Assembly (NCBI RefSeq): GCF_009734345.1
Contig: NZ_CP032551.1
Span: 870,001 to 902,000 of the forward strand
DNA length: 32,000 nucleotides
Origin: Pseudidiomarina andamanensis
GTDB lineage: Bacteria; Pseudomonadota; Gammaproteobacteria; Enterobacterales; Alteromonadaceae
Direction of reading: 5' to 3'
Below, one piece after another: positions 9,651-18,425 of the stretch (the first letter of the stretch is position 1; each line of letters starts with the position of its first letter). The position numbers and the translations under genes were made by a program. The notes beneath the pieces are model-generated. The model did not search any database, was not told the DNA's origin, and saw only the letters and a program-made list of their open reading frames with translations.

Positions 9651-12600
9651 ATGACCAGTGCGTCTCCATTTAAGCCACCGAAACCATCATCAGCGCGTCA
9701 AGATATTACTTGGCAAAACCTCGTCGGTAGCAGTATCGCATTGGCTCTGGGCCAATTGATAGAGCAACACGATGGTCCGGTGTTAATAGTTACGCCCGAT
9801 GCCCCGCAAGCGCATCGCTTAGAGCAGGAAGTGCAATATTTTGCACCCAATTGGCGCCAGCAGGTCATGGTGTTTCCAGACTGGGAAACGCTACCCTATG
9901 ATAGCTTTTCACCGCATCAAGATATTATTTCTGAACGTTTAAGCGTGCTAGCTCGCCTGCCCGACATGCAGCGTGGTGCGTTGATTGTGTCATTGAACAC
10001 CTTGATGCATCGCATTGCGCCAACTGATTACGTAGCAGGTCAAGCAGTTCAGGTTAATAAAGGCCAAAAACTTGATATTCACGGCTTGCGCCAGCGTCTA
10101 GAGCGCGCCGGTTATCGTCATGTTGCTCAAGTAATGGAACATGGTGAATTCTGCGTTCGTGGCTCGCTTCTTGATTTGTTCCCAATGGGAAGCAGCCAAC
10201 CTTATCGTATCGATTTCTTTGATGATGAAGTAGATTCTATTCGTCTGTTTGACCCTGACACGCAGTTGTCAGCTGGTGAAATTGACGCGATAGATTTATT
10301 ACCCGCTCACGAATTCCCAACGAATCCAACGGCTATCGAGTTATTCCGTGCGCAATATCGCGACCAATTTGACGCTTCGAATGCGCGTGATTCGGTATAT
10401 ATGCAGGTATCCAATCAGCAATTCCCGGGCGGCGTTGAATATTATTTACCGTTATTCTTCGAGAATACAGCGAGTATTTTTGATTACTTACCGAACAATA
10501 CGCTGTTAGTCACATTTGGCGATCTACAAGGCAGTTTAGATCATTTGTGGCATGACATTAATCAGCGCTATGAACAACGACGCTATGACCCGTTGCGCCC
10601 GTTATTGCCACCGCATCAACTATTTCTCGCGGTAGACCAGATTCATGCGGCGTTTAAAGAAATGCCGCGCATTCGCGCCATGGTTCCAAGCGATAAAGCG
10701 CAGCCAAGCCCAAAGGTGTTTCAGACCCAGCCTATCGGCGAAATTGCCATTAATCACCAGTTGAAGAACCCGCTCGAGAAGCTCTCGCAGCGCCTGAAGG
10801 ATGCGGGAAAGCAGCGCGTCATCTTTTTAGTTGAGTCAGCTGGTCGCCGCGAAACATTGCGTGAATTACTCGCGCCATTGCAGCTTGGGCTTGAAGAAGT
10901 AGAGCACTTTCAACAATTCGCAACCAGCAAACAATCCTACGCCATTAGCGTCAGTCCGGTCGCACATTCATTCGCACTAAGCGACGAACAACTACTCGTT
11001 ATTACTGAAACCGAATTACTCGGGCAACGTATTGCGCAGCGCCGTCGCCGCGACCAAAAGGCGACGGTAAATGCTGAGAATATGGTGCGCAACCTCGCCG
11101 AACTACGTATCGGTCAACCGGTGGTTCATATTGATCATGGTGTCGGACGTTACCAAGGGCTACAAACACTGGATACCGGTGGCGTCACAACAGAATTTGT
11201 GACCATTGAATATGCCAACAACAGTAAATTGTATGTGCCGGTCGCTGCGTTGCATGTGTTAAGCCGCTACAGCGGCGGCGAAGAAGCTTCAGCGCCGTTG
11301 CACAAGCTTGGCAATGACCAATGGGAGAAAGCCAAGCGCAAGGCTGCTGAGAAAATTCGTGATGTTGCCGCTGAATTACTCGACGTCTATGCCCGTCGTG
11401 AAGCAAAACCGGGTTATCCATTTAAGCTTGACCAAGAGGAATATCAACGTTTTGCTGGCAGCTTCCCGTTTGAAGAAACCGATGATCAACTCGCGGCTAT
11501 CGCTGGTGTGTTAGCAGATATGCAAGCACCGCGAGCAATGGACCGATTGGTTTGCGGTGATGTTGGTTTTGGTAAAACAGAGGTAGCGATGCGCGCGGCA
11601 TTTGTGGCCGTGAACGACAGTAAACAAGTTGCGGTGTTGGTGCCAACCACCCTGTTGGCGCAACAGCACTATGAAAATTTCAAAGACCGTTTTGCCGATT
11701 GGCCAATCCGCGTTGAAGTGCTGTCACGTTTTAATACCGCAAAACAAACTCAAAAAATTCTCGCCGACCTTGCCGAAGGCAAAGTGGATTTGGTGATTGG
11801 CACGCATAAACTACTCAGCGCTGACGTGAAGTTTCATGATCTCGGCTTGCTGATTGTGGATGAAGAACATCGCTTTGGTGTGCGTCAAAAAGAAGCCATT
11901 AAACGACTTCGAGCGGATGTCGACATTCTGACTCTTACCGCAACGCCAATACCTCGTACTTTGAACATGGCGATGCATGGTGTACGCGATTTATCCATCA
12001 TCGCGACTCCACCAGCCAAGCGTTTGGCCGTGAAAACTTTTGTTCGCGAATATGACGAACCAACCATACGCGAAGCTGTACTGCGGGAAATTTTACGGGG
12101 TGGTCAGGTATACTTCCTGCACAACAATGTTGAAACCATCGAGAAAACCGCGGAAACATTGGCGCAATTAGTACCGGAAGCACGTATAACGGTAGCCCAC
12201 GGACAAATGCGAGAGCGCGAACTTGAACGCATCATGTCTGATTTTTACCATCAGCGATACAATGTACTGGTGTGCACAACAATTGTCGAAACCGGTATTG
12301 ATGTGCCAACAGCGAATACCATTATTATGGACCGTGCCGATCATTTGGGTCTCGCTCAAATGCACCAGTTGCGTGGTCGTGTTGGTCGCTCCCATCATCA
12401 GGCCTATGCTTATTTACTTACACCAAACCCGAAACGCATGACTAAAGATGCACTTAAGCGTCTTGAAGCTATTTCGCAGCTCGAAGACTTAGGAGCTGGC
12501 TTTATGCTGGCTACCCACGATTTAGAAATTCGTGGTGCGGGCGAGTTATTAGGTGATGATCAAAGCGGCCAAATTGAAACCATTGGTTTTACCTTGTATA

Positions 12601-13112
12601 TGGAAATGCTTGAGCAGGCCGTTAAAGCCTTACGAGAAGGTAAACAACCAGCGCTCGACCAGTTGCTGCAAGCGCAAACCGAAATTGATTTGCGCGTACC
12701 TGCCTTATTACCTGAATCGTATATCGCCGATGTGAACACACGCTTGAGCCTATACAAACGTATTGCAAGTAGTGATAACACGCAGGCATTGCATGAAATT
12801 CAAGTTGAGTTAATTGATCGATTTGGGTTATTGCCCGATGCGGTTAAGAATTTAGTTCGTGTTGCCGAACTTCGTAGTCGCGCTCAACAGCTTGGCATTC
12901 GCAAAATCGATGGTGGCCCGAATGGCGTCAACGTCGAGTTCGCTACCGATACTAAAGTTTCGCCACAAGTTCTTATTCAGCTCATACAACAGCAACCGAA
13001 TGAGTATCGACTTGAAGGGCCAACGCGTTTACGTATTCTTCGTAAAATAGACGATACTCAAGCACGGCTGAAACTGGTAGAGTCACTACTGGACGAATTT
13101 GCACGAGGATGA
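9651..13112 (+). CDS. mfd: transcription-repair coupling factor
   Basis: 1153 aa. It has a UvrB-homology N-terminus, an RNAP-interacting region, and superfamily-2 helicase motifs (GDVGFGKTEVA, DEEHRFG, TATPIPRT, QLRGRVGR). Confidence 0.97.
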   Translation: MTSASPFKPPKPSSARQDITWQNLVGSSIALALGQLIEQHDGPVLIVTPDAPQAHRLEQEVQYFAPNWRQQVMVFPDWETLPYDSFSPHQDIISERLSVLARLPDMQRGALIVSLNTLMHRIAPTDYVAGQAVQVNKGQKLDIHGLRQRLERAGYRHVAQVMEHGEFCVRGSLLDLFPMGSSQPYRIDFFDDEVDSIRLFDPDTQLSAGEIDAIDLLPAHEFPTNPTAIELFRAQYRDQFDASNARDSVYMQVSNQQFPGGVEYYLPLFFENTASIFDYLPNNTLLVTFGDLQGSLDHLWHDINQRYEQRRYDPLRPLLPPHQLFLAVDQIHAAFKEMPRIRAMVPSDKAQPSPKVFQTQPIGEIAINHQLKNPLEKLSQRLKDAGKQRVIFLVESAGRRETLRELLAPLQLGLEEVEHFQQFATSKQSYAISVSPVAHSFALSDEQLLVITETELLGQRIAQRRRRDQKATVNAENMVRNLAELRIGQPVVHIDHGVGRYQGLQTLDTGGVTTEFVTIEYANNSKLYVPVAALHVLSRYSGGEEASAPLHKLGNDQWEKAKRKAAEKIRDVAAELLDVYARREAKPGYPFKLDQEEYQRFAGSFPFEETDDQLAAIAGVLADMQAPRAMDRLVCGDVGFGKTEVAMRAAFVAVNDSKQVAVLVPTTLLAQQHYENFKDRFADWPIRVEVLSRFNTAKQTQKILADLAEGKVDLVIGTHKLLSADVKFHDLGLLIVDEEHRFGVRQKEAIKRLRADVDILTLTATPIPRTLNMAMHGVRDLSIIATPPAKRLAVKTFVREYDEPTIREAVLREILRGGQVYFLHNNVETIEKTAETLAQLVPEARITVAHGQMRERELERIMSDFYHQRYNVLVCTTIVETGIDVPTANTIIMDRADHLGLAQMHQLRGRVGRSHHQAYAYLLTPNPKRMTKDALKRLEAISQLEDLGAGFMLATHDLEIRGAGELLGDDQSGQIETIGFTLYMEMLEQAVKALREGKQPALDQLLQAQTEIDLRVPALLPESYIADVNTRLSLYKRIASSDNTQALHEIQVELIDRFGLLPDAVKNLVRVAELRSRAQQLGIRKIDGGPNGVNVEFATDTKVSPQVLIQLIQQQPNEYRLEGPTRLRILRKIDDTQARLKLVESLLDEFARG

Positions 13113-14200
13113 TTATGACTGTTTGGTTGCGTACCACGTTACTTACTCTTGGATTAAGCGCTACTTCACTGGCGATAGCACAAGAGTCGTCAGCTGATTG
13201 GCGCTGGTTTGAAGTAGAAGTGCTCGTGTTTAAACAAGCGCCAAACAACGATGCGGAAGCGTTTCCGTGGCACCCACCGCGCCAATTTGACGCAAGACAC
13301 GATCCGATTTCTGGTTATTATGCGCCAAACTTTTTTGCACTACTGAATGACCTCCCGCTGTGTCCAAGCAGTGAAGAAGCATTAACTATTCGTCCGGTAT
13401 TTTGTGCGCAAGCTAATGAAGTGGATCCTTTTGGTCATCCTTGGTATCAACCTAGTCGAATTTTAAGTGGCTTCGAACAAGCACCTGCACAAGTTGTCGA
13501 TGGCAGCGGCGGCGACATGATGACAAGTTCTGGGCCATATTTAATGCCTGCTGAAACGCACGTGTTCGACGATTTTCGTGAGCAACTGATGCGCCGTAAT
13601 GTGGGCTCTCCGCTGTTGCATGTGGCCTATCGCACCCCTGTATTTACCCGAAGCGAAGGCTACACAGTAAGACTTTTTGGTGGTCGTAACTTCGGCCAAG
13701 AATTTTTGCCAAGTGGATACGAACAGCCGCCATTTGCTCTGATCGAAAGTGCAGCTGTAGATGAAGAGCAGCAACCTCAACTTTTTGAAGAACTTGAAGC
13801 ACTGCTCTCGCGAGTGAATCAGCAAGAGATTCAAATTAGTTATCGTGATCATGGCACGCCGAATCCACCGCCTTTGATTCCTGAGCGCGCGCGTTCGCAG
13901 CGCGCAGAGCCAGTATGGGAACTCGATGGCACTTTGCATATTTATCTAGTGGGTAACTATCTGCACATTGATAGCGATCTTGAACTACGTAGCCCGCAAC
14001 AGGTACAGTTTAATCAGCGTGAATTAGCCGCTCAAGTTGAGCAGGCCTTGCAAGTTGATCGTTCTACCTCACGCTTTTTACGCAGCTACCGACTCGACCA
14101 ATTACGACGGGTTATTAGTCATGAAACGCACTATTTTGATCATCCAAAACTTGGACTAGTGGTGCAAATTAGACGCACTGATTTATCTGCTCGACGCTAA
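13109..14200 (+). CDS. csiV: CsiV-like periplasmic (peptidoglycan-associated) protein
   Basis: 363 aa with a signal peptide (LGLSATSLAIAQE), followed by WRWFEVEVLVFK and a C-terminal HETHYFDHPKLGLVVQIRR. These motifs and the location right after mfd match my memory of the CsiV family. The ATG overlaps the mfd TGA (ATGA). The family assignment is from memory only. Confidence 0.55.
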   Translation: MIMTVWLRTTLLTLGLSATSLAIAQESSADWRWFEVEVLVFKQAPNNDAEAFPWHPPRQFDARHDPISGYYAPNFFALLNDLPLCPSSEEALTIRPVFCAQANEVDPFGHPWYQPSRILSGFEQAPAQVVDGSGGDMMTSSGPYLMPAETHVFDDFREQLMRRNVGSPLLHVAYRTPVFTRSEGYTVRLFGGRNFGQEFLPSGYEQPPFALIESAAVDEEQQPQLFEELEALLSRVNQQEIQISYRDHGTPNPPPLIPERARSQRAEPVWELDGTLHIYLVGNYLHIDSDLELRSPQQVQFNQRELAAQVEQALQVDRSTSRFLRSYRLDQLRRVISHETHYFDHPKLGLVVQIRRTDLSARR

Positions 14201-14241
14201 TAGATAATCAAATTATTGAATAAAGAAGCATAGGAATTGCG

Positions 14242-14733
14242 ATGGAAAAGTACGAAGAATTGCTGCTGGCACTTCGAAAAGTCATTCGCGCAACAGACTT
14301 GTACTCCAAGCAACTGAACAAACGCACCGGCTTAACAGCGCCACAGCTGCTCATATTAAGAGAGATAGCGGCTGCCCCAGACGGCATTACAGCCAGCTCT
14401 GTCGCTCAAAATATTACTTTAAGCCCGGCAACCGTGAGTAATGTCATTGACCGACTTGAACATCGCGAGTTAATTCACCGTGAGCGTAGCACCGAAGATC
14501 GGCGTCGTGTGGTGCTATCATTGACAGCGCAAGGTAAACAGCGGTTAGCGGAAGCGCCAAGACCGCTCCAGGAAGATTTTATTCATAAATTTCAGTCATT
14601 AGACGATTGGGAGCAGTCGCTGCTAGTGGCAGGTATGCAACGCATTGCAGCCATGATGGATGCCGAAAAGCTTGATGCTGCAGATGTACTTGAAGTAGGA
14701 ACCTATGAACAAAAGAAATATCGCTCGCGCTAG
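14242..14733 (+). CDS. MarR-family winged-helix transcriptional regulator
   Basis: 163 aa. GLTAPQLLILREIAAAPDGITASSVAQNITLSPATVSNVIDRLEHRELIHRERSTEDRRRVVLSLTAQG is a canonical MarR wHTH plus wing. Confidence 0.85.
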   Translation: MEKYEELLLALRKVIRATDLYSKQLNKRTGLTAPQLLILREIAAAPDGITASSVAQNITLSPATVSNVIDRLEHRELIHRERSTEDRRRVVLSLTAQGKQRLAEAPRPLQEDFIHKFQSLDDWEQSLLVAGMQRIAAMMDAEKLDAADVLEVGTYEQKKYRSR

Positions 14734-16495
14734 CTTTACGGCTATCTCTCTGCTGGTTTTATCGAGTTGCGCTCAAGTTACGCAGCCTGAACTATGCGAT
14801 AGTAGCATCACGCCAATTTATGCCATTCAAGGTGACGGATTTCAGTCACCAGTGAGCGGTCAACAAGTGACTACGCGCGGAATTGTTACCGCTAACTGGC
14901 AAAGTGAAGCTGAACTCGGTGGCTTTTTTATAGCCAGCGAACAAGCCGACCGCGACGATAATGCACTGACGTCAGAGGGGTTATTTGTACAAGCAAGTGC
15001 CAATTTAACCAGCCTTAAACAAGGTGATCTGGTGTATTTGACGGGTACTGTCGCCGAGCTCAATGAGTTAACCCAACTAACTAACCTCAGTCAGCATGCT
15101 GTTTGCGACTCTGGTTATACGGTTGAGCCTACCTCTTTTCAACTGCCAGTCACCGCAAAAGAACAGTTCGAAGCGCTTGAAGGCATGCCGGTTCAGATTA
15201 GCCAGGAATTGGTCGTCAACGGTCATTATCAGTTGTTACGGCATGGTCAATTTGATGTGGCACATGAACGTCTGTATACGCCCACGCAACACCATCAACC
15301 TGGTGCCGAAGCGCAGTCTCAGGCCAAAGCGAATGCGTTAGCTCGACTCGTCATTGATGATAACTTGGCGCCGAATTCAACGATCATGGTTGCCCCTAAG
15401 CAAAACATCACAGCTACGAATAGCCTCCGCAGTGGCGATAGCATCGGTCCAGTTCAGGGTATTATTAGTGACTTTCGTGGCAGCTACCGCTTACAACCAA
15501 CGTCACAGATTAGCGTGGTAACGACGAATCCACGCCCAGCAGCACCAGAAGCACCAACAACCAATACACTGCGTGTTGCCGCCTTTAACGTGCTGAATTA
15601 CTTCAATGGCGAGGGTGAGAATAAGCAATTTCCAACCGAGCGGGGTGCCAAAACTGCTGCTGAATTTGAACGCCAGCATCAGAAAATCATCGCCGCACTC
15701 GGCCAGTTGAATGCTGACATTATTGGCTTATTGGAACTCGAAAACGATGGCTATGCGAGTCATAGCGCAATCGTTGAGTTAACCACAGCACTCACTGCGG
15801 CAACTGGGCAACCATGGCGATATGTGCAGGCTGCTCCGGGTAAATTTGGTAGTGATGACATCACCAATGGTCTCATTTATCGCAGTGATAAAGTGACACC
15901 ACAAGGGCAACCACTAACGGTAACGCAAGCACCGTTTGGACAACGCAGTCGCCTGCCTCTTATTCAACGCTTTTCTCCTAAGAATACAGTTGAAAACGTC
16001 GTTGTTGCCGTAAACCACTTTAAATCTAAAGGGGGCTGTCCGAAAGATAATAGCGACCCGAATGCCAACCAGAGCGACGGGCAAGCCTGCTGGAACAAAG
16101 TGCGCGTTCAATCGGCCAAAGCATTGGCTGATTTCATAGACAACCATGAAGATTTAAAGCGTTTTCCGTTACGCGTACTAATGGGCGATTTTAATGCCTA
16201 TGCGCAAGAAGACCCAATTCAAACGTTACTACAACGCGGCTATTACAATCGCATCGATGCATTTAATCCGCATGCCTATAGCTATGTGTATGATGCGCAG
16301 GCTGGTAGCCTTGACCACCTGCTCGTCTCGAGCCAGTTGGCTGCTCGTGTTGTTTATCAAGCCATTTGGTCAATAAATGCCGACGAACCTACACTGCTGC
16401 AATACAACAATGCCGACGCAAACCCCAATTGGTATGCGCCCTCCCCTTACCGAGCGTCTGATCACGACCCCATTTACGCTGATATTCAGTTTTAA
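14705..16495 (+). CDS. ExeM/NucH-type extracellular nuclease (endonuclease/exonuclease/phosphatase fold), lipoprotein
   Basis: 596 aa with a lipobox LVLSS-C. The N-terminal module resembles ExeM/NucH (ITPIYAIQGDGFQSPVSGQQVTTRGIVT). The EEP domain carries LRVAAFNVLNYFN, GLLELEND, VNHFKSKG, MGDFNAY and SDHDP. Confidence 0.8.
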   Translation: MNKRNIARASFTAISLLVLSSCAQVTQPELCDSSITPIYAIQGDGFQSPVSGQQVTTRGIVTANWQSEAELGGFFIASEQADRDDNALTSEGLFVQASANLTSLKQGDLVYLTGTVAELNELTQLTNLSQHAVCDSGYTVEPTSFQLPVTAKEQFEALEGMPVQISQELVVNGHYQLLRHGQFDVAHERLYTPTQHHQPGAEAQSQAKANALARLVIDDNLAPNSTIMVAPKQNITATNSLRSGDSIGPVQGIISDFRGSYRLQPTSQISVVTTNPRPAAPEAPTTNTLRVAAFNVLNYFNGEGENKQFPTERGAKTAAEFERQHQKIIAALGQLNADIIGLLELENDGYASHSAIVELTTALTAATGQPWRYVQAAPGKFGSDDITNGLIYRSDKVTPQGQPLTVTQAPFGQRSRLPLIQRFSPKNTVENVVVAVNHFKSKGGCPKDNSDPNANQSDGQACWNKVRVQSAKALADFIDNHEDLKRFPLRVLMGDFNAYAQEDPIQTLLQRGYYNRIDAFNPHAYSYVYDAQAGSLDHLLVSSQLAARVVYQAIWSINADEPTLLQYNNADANPNWYAPSPYRASDHDPIYADIQF

Positions 16496-16529
16496 CTCAC
16501 AAAAACGAATCAGCGCTTGTCACACAATA

Positions 16530-16572
16530 GGTCTTTGTTGCATCTTTTATAGCAGCTAGTGCAACAAAGGCC
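16530..16572 (+). other. 13-bp imperfect hairpin (one G-U pair, 17-nt loop) covering the Shine-Dalgarno of the ECF sigma gene
   Basis: GGTCTTTGTTGCA (16530-16542) pairs with TGCAACAAAGGCC (16560-16572). The 3' arm contains the AAAGG Shine-Dalgarno and ends immediately before the TTG/ATG start (16573/16576). No U-tract follows. Confidence 0.5.
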
Positions 16573-16575
16573 TTG

Positions 16576-17151
16576 ATGGTGAGTCAGGAATATTCTGGAT
16601 TTGGGCAAATTACGGATGAAGTAACCCTCGCTGCCGCGGTTGCTGGTAAATCACGTGCCCAGCAAATCATATTTGAGCGATATAAAAGCTCAGTGCTGCG
16701 CACGCTTATTGGTTTATGTCACGACCGAGAGCTTGCTCGCGATCTCGCCCAAGATGTATTTCTTCAGGCGTTTACAAAGCTTCATCAACTCCGCAATCAA
16801 CAAGCCTTCGGCGCATGGCTAAAGCAGCTGACTGTGCGCACTGCTTTATCCTATTTTCGCGCACGGTCACCAGTGGCTGAGTCGATAGAGGAAGAATTCA
16901 TTGATAGCACCGAGTGGTCTGCGCAAGCCGATTGGCTTGTTCAATTACGTGATATTGAAACGTTAATTGCACAGCTAAATGATACCGAGCGCCTCACTGT
17001 CTGGCTCTATTTAGGCGAAGGTTACACTCACGAAGAGATTGCTAATCTCCTCGACGAACAGGCATCGACCGTGCGTAAACGTTATCAACGTGCCTTAATG
17101 AAACTAAATACTTTTTTGACACAAGAGGTACCTCATGACCACAAAGCATGA
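16576..17151 (+). CDS. ECF (group IV) sigma-70 family RNA polymerase sigma factor
   Basis: 191 aa from the ATG at 16576 (the track uses the TTG at 16573). Region 2 is DLAQDVFLQAF...FGAWLKQLTVRTALSYFR. The region 4 HTH is YTHEEIANLLDEQASTVRKRYQRALMKL. Confidence 0.85.
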   Translation: MVSQEYSGFGQITDEVTLAAAVAGKSRAQQIIFERYKSSVLRTLIGLCHDRELARDLAQDVFLQAFTKLHQLRNQQAFGAWLKQLTVRTALSYFRARSPVAESIEEEFIDSTEWSAQADWLVQLRDIETLIAQLNDTERLTVWLYLGEGYTHEEIANLLDEQASTVRKRYQRALMKLNTFLTQEVPHDHKA

Positions 17152-17518
17152 GCAACAATTGCAACAACAGTGGCAACAATATGTTGCCACTGAAGCTGAG
17201 CATGTTGAACTCGAATTTCCGCAACAACGGACTACTCAATTTGAGAAAAGAATCAAACCAATGTGGCTAACCGCGGTGGCCTTTGTGATGGCGATTGCGG
17301 TAACGTGGTGGTTGTCATTTCTACCCGTTCCTGAGTCATCAGAAGCAAGCATCGCCGGCGCTCCTGCATCGCCATCTAACGAGGTAGCACCTATGTTACT
17401 TGCAGCGAACTATCGTCTTGATTCTTTAGAGCGACGCATTCAACAGGCGTATCTACAAGGAGCCTCAGATGCTGAGCTGCAACAATTGTGGCAGCAACAT
17501 CAAGCGCTTGCCGATTAG
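17135..17518 (+). CDS. putative single-pass anti-sigma factor (non-ZAS)
   Basis: 127 aa, overlapping the sigma gene by 17 nt. It has a Gln-rich cytoplasmic N-terminus, one TM helix (MWLTAVAFVMAIAVTWWLSFL) and a roughly 60-aa periplasmic tail. There is no HxxxCxxC motif. The anti-sigma role is assigned by position only. Confidence 0.5.
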   Translation: MTTKHEQQLQQQWQQYVATEAEHVELEFPQQRTTQFEKRIKPMWLTAVAFVMAIAVTWWLSFLPVPESSEASIAGAPASPSNEVAPMLLAANYRLDSLERRIQQAYLQGASDAELQQLWQQHQALAD

Positions 17519-17526
17519 GAGGTTTA

Positions 17527-18357
17527 ATGATGGTTAAATCAATATTAGCGCTGATAGCGGCAGGTTTATTTTGTATTCCTGCACTCGCACAGGAGCAGCA
17601 GGCTCGAGATTATGCTCGGGCAGCGGCTATCGCCGCCAGTAAAGCTCATGGTTCGCAGCCACAGGTTGTGCTTGAAGAGCCTGCACGTAGCTATTTTGAA
17701 TGGGGTGCTATTCTCAATCAACAAGCTAAAGTAGTCAGCGTGCGTAATGGCAGTGTCGCTGATGAAATGAAGCTACAAATGGGTGATATGATTCTATCCA
17801 TCAATCGGCAGCCGGTTGCACCACAACAACTTGACGATGCTCTCACTATTCTTGCCTCGTTAGACCATAATCAACCATTCTCCGTAGGCATTAAGCGCGA
17901 TGGCGAAACACTTGAATTAACCGGTGTAGCCCGTGCGACAGTCATTCCAGGTTGGCGTCTTGAAGTGCTAAATACCTTGGAAGAAGAAACACCTTCGACT
18001 ATCACCGATAGCGCCTGCGGCCGAATTAGCGTGTTTTTCACGCCGCCAGTTACCGCTGATTTATACCCAGCATTTATCAACTCAATTGATGGCGACAATG
18101 TCCGAATCAAAAACCCATCATTTAAGCTCGCCGTAAACGATTACAAAGTTGGCGTTCATGAACTCATTGATGAGCCATCTCTGCGTCGTGGCGGCGGCAG
18201 CGCTCCTGAAAAACTTATTCAACTAACGATTGAACCGAATAAAACCTATCACATTGCCGCGAAATTTATCCGCGAAAAGCGTTATCAACGTTTTGATGCT
18301 GGATACTGGGAGCCCGTTGTTTGGAAAGTAACCGAACAAACTTGTCAGGTAGACTAA
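17527..18357 (+). CDS. secreted PDZ-domain protein with an unassigned C-terminal domain
   Basis: Trimmed to the ATG at 17527, which has a perfect AGGAGG 6 nt upstream and lies 8 nt after the anti-sigma TAG. It has a signal peptide (ILALIAAGLFCIPALAQE) and a PDZ-like core (VVSVRNGSVADEMKLQMGDMILSINRQPV...FSVGIKRDGETLELTG). I could not place the roughly 150 C-terminal residues in any family. Confidence 0.65.
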   Translation: MMVKSILALIAAGLFCIPALAQEQQARDYARAAAIAASKAHGSQPQVVLEEPARSYFEWGAILNQQAKVVSVRNGSVADEMKLQMGDMILSINRQPVAPQQLDDALTILASLDHNQPFSVGIKRDGETLELTGVARATVIPGWRLEVLNTLEEETPSTITDSACGRISVFFTPPVTADLYPAFINSIDGDNVRIKNPSFKLAVNDYKVGVHELIDEPSLRRGGGSAPEKLIQLTIEPNKTYHIAAKFIREKRYQRFDAGYWEPVVWKVTEQTCQVD

Positions 18358-18358
18358 T

Positions 18359-18392
18359 TCGTCATTTCGTTGTCATGCGTTCATGGTAAACT
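18359..18392 (+). promoter_or_regulatory. Pho-box-like PhoB site plus -10 element for the alkaline phosphatase gene
   Basis: TCGTCAT-TTCG-TTGTCAT (18359-18376) is two 7-mers at 11-bp periodicity, compared with consensus CTGTCAT-AWAW-CTGTCAY. Ten nt later comes TAAACT (18387-18392). This matches the box-N10-(-10) geometry I recall for E. coli phoA (CTGTCATAAAGTTGTCAC-N10-TATAGT). Confidence 0.5.
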
Positions 18393-18425
18393 TTGACAAA
18401 ATTGAAACTATGTAGGATGAATTTC

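Noticed and set aside
16517-16534. A possible Pho box upstream of the ECF sigma gene (TTGTCAC-ACAA-TAGGTCT).
   Set aside because: Only the first 7-mer resembles CTGTCAY. The second half-site matches 2 of 7 positions. A single half-site is not sufficient evidence.
17148-17190. GCAACAA recurring three times (a CAA/CAG-rich run) at the start of the anti-sigma gene, considered as a slipped-strand or phase-variation tract.
   Set aside because: The copies are imperfect and irregularly spaced (9 and 12 nt). They simply encode a Gln-rich peptide (EQQLQQQWQQ). The run is too short for contingency-locus behaviour.
17488-17526. The track start for the PDZ protein (MAATSSACRLGGL...), which overlaps the anti-sigma gene.
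   Set aside because: The ATG at 17527 is preceded by a perfect AGGAGG and begins directly with a canonical signal peptide.
18393-18425. The TTG start of the alkaline phosphatase ORF (MTKLKLCRMNF...).
   Set aside because: It abuts the predicted -10 element (18387-18392) and lies upstream of the likely transcription start. The downstream ATGs give a normal lipoprotein signal peptide with a Shine-Dalgarno.
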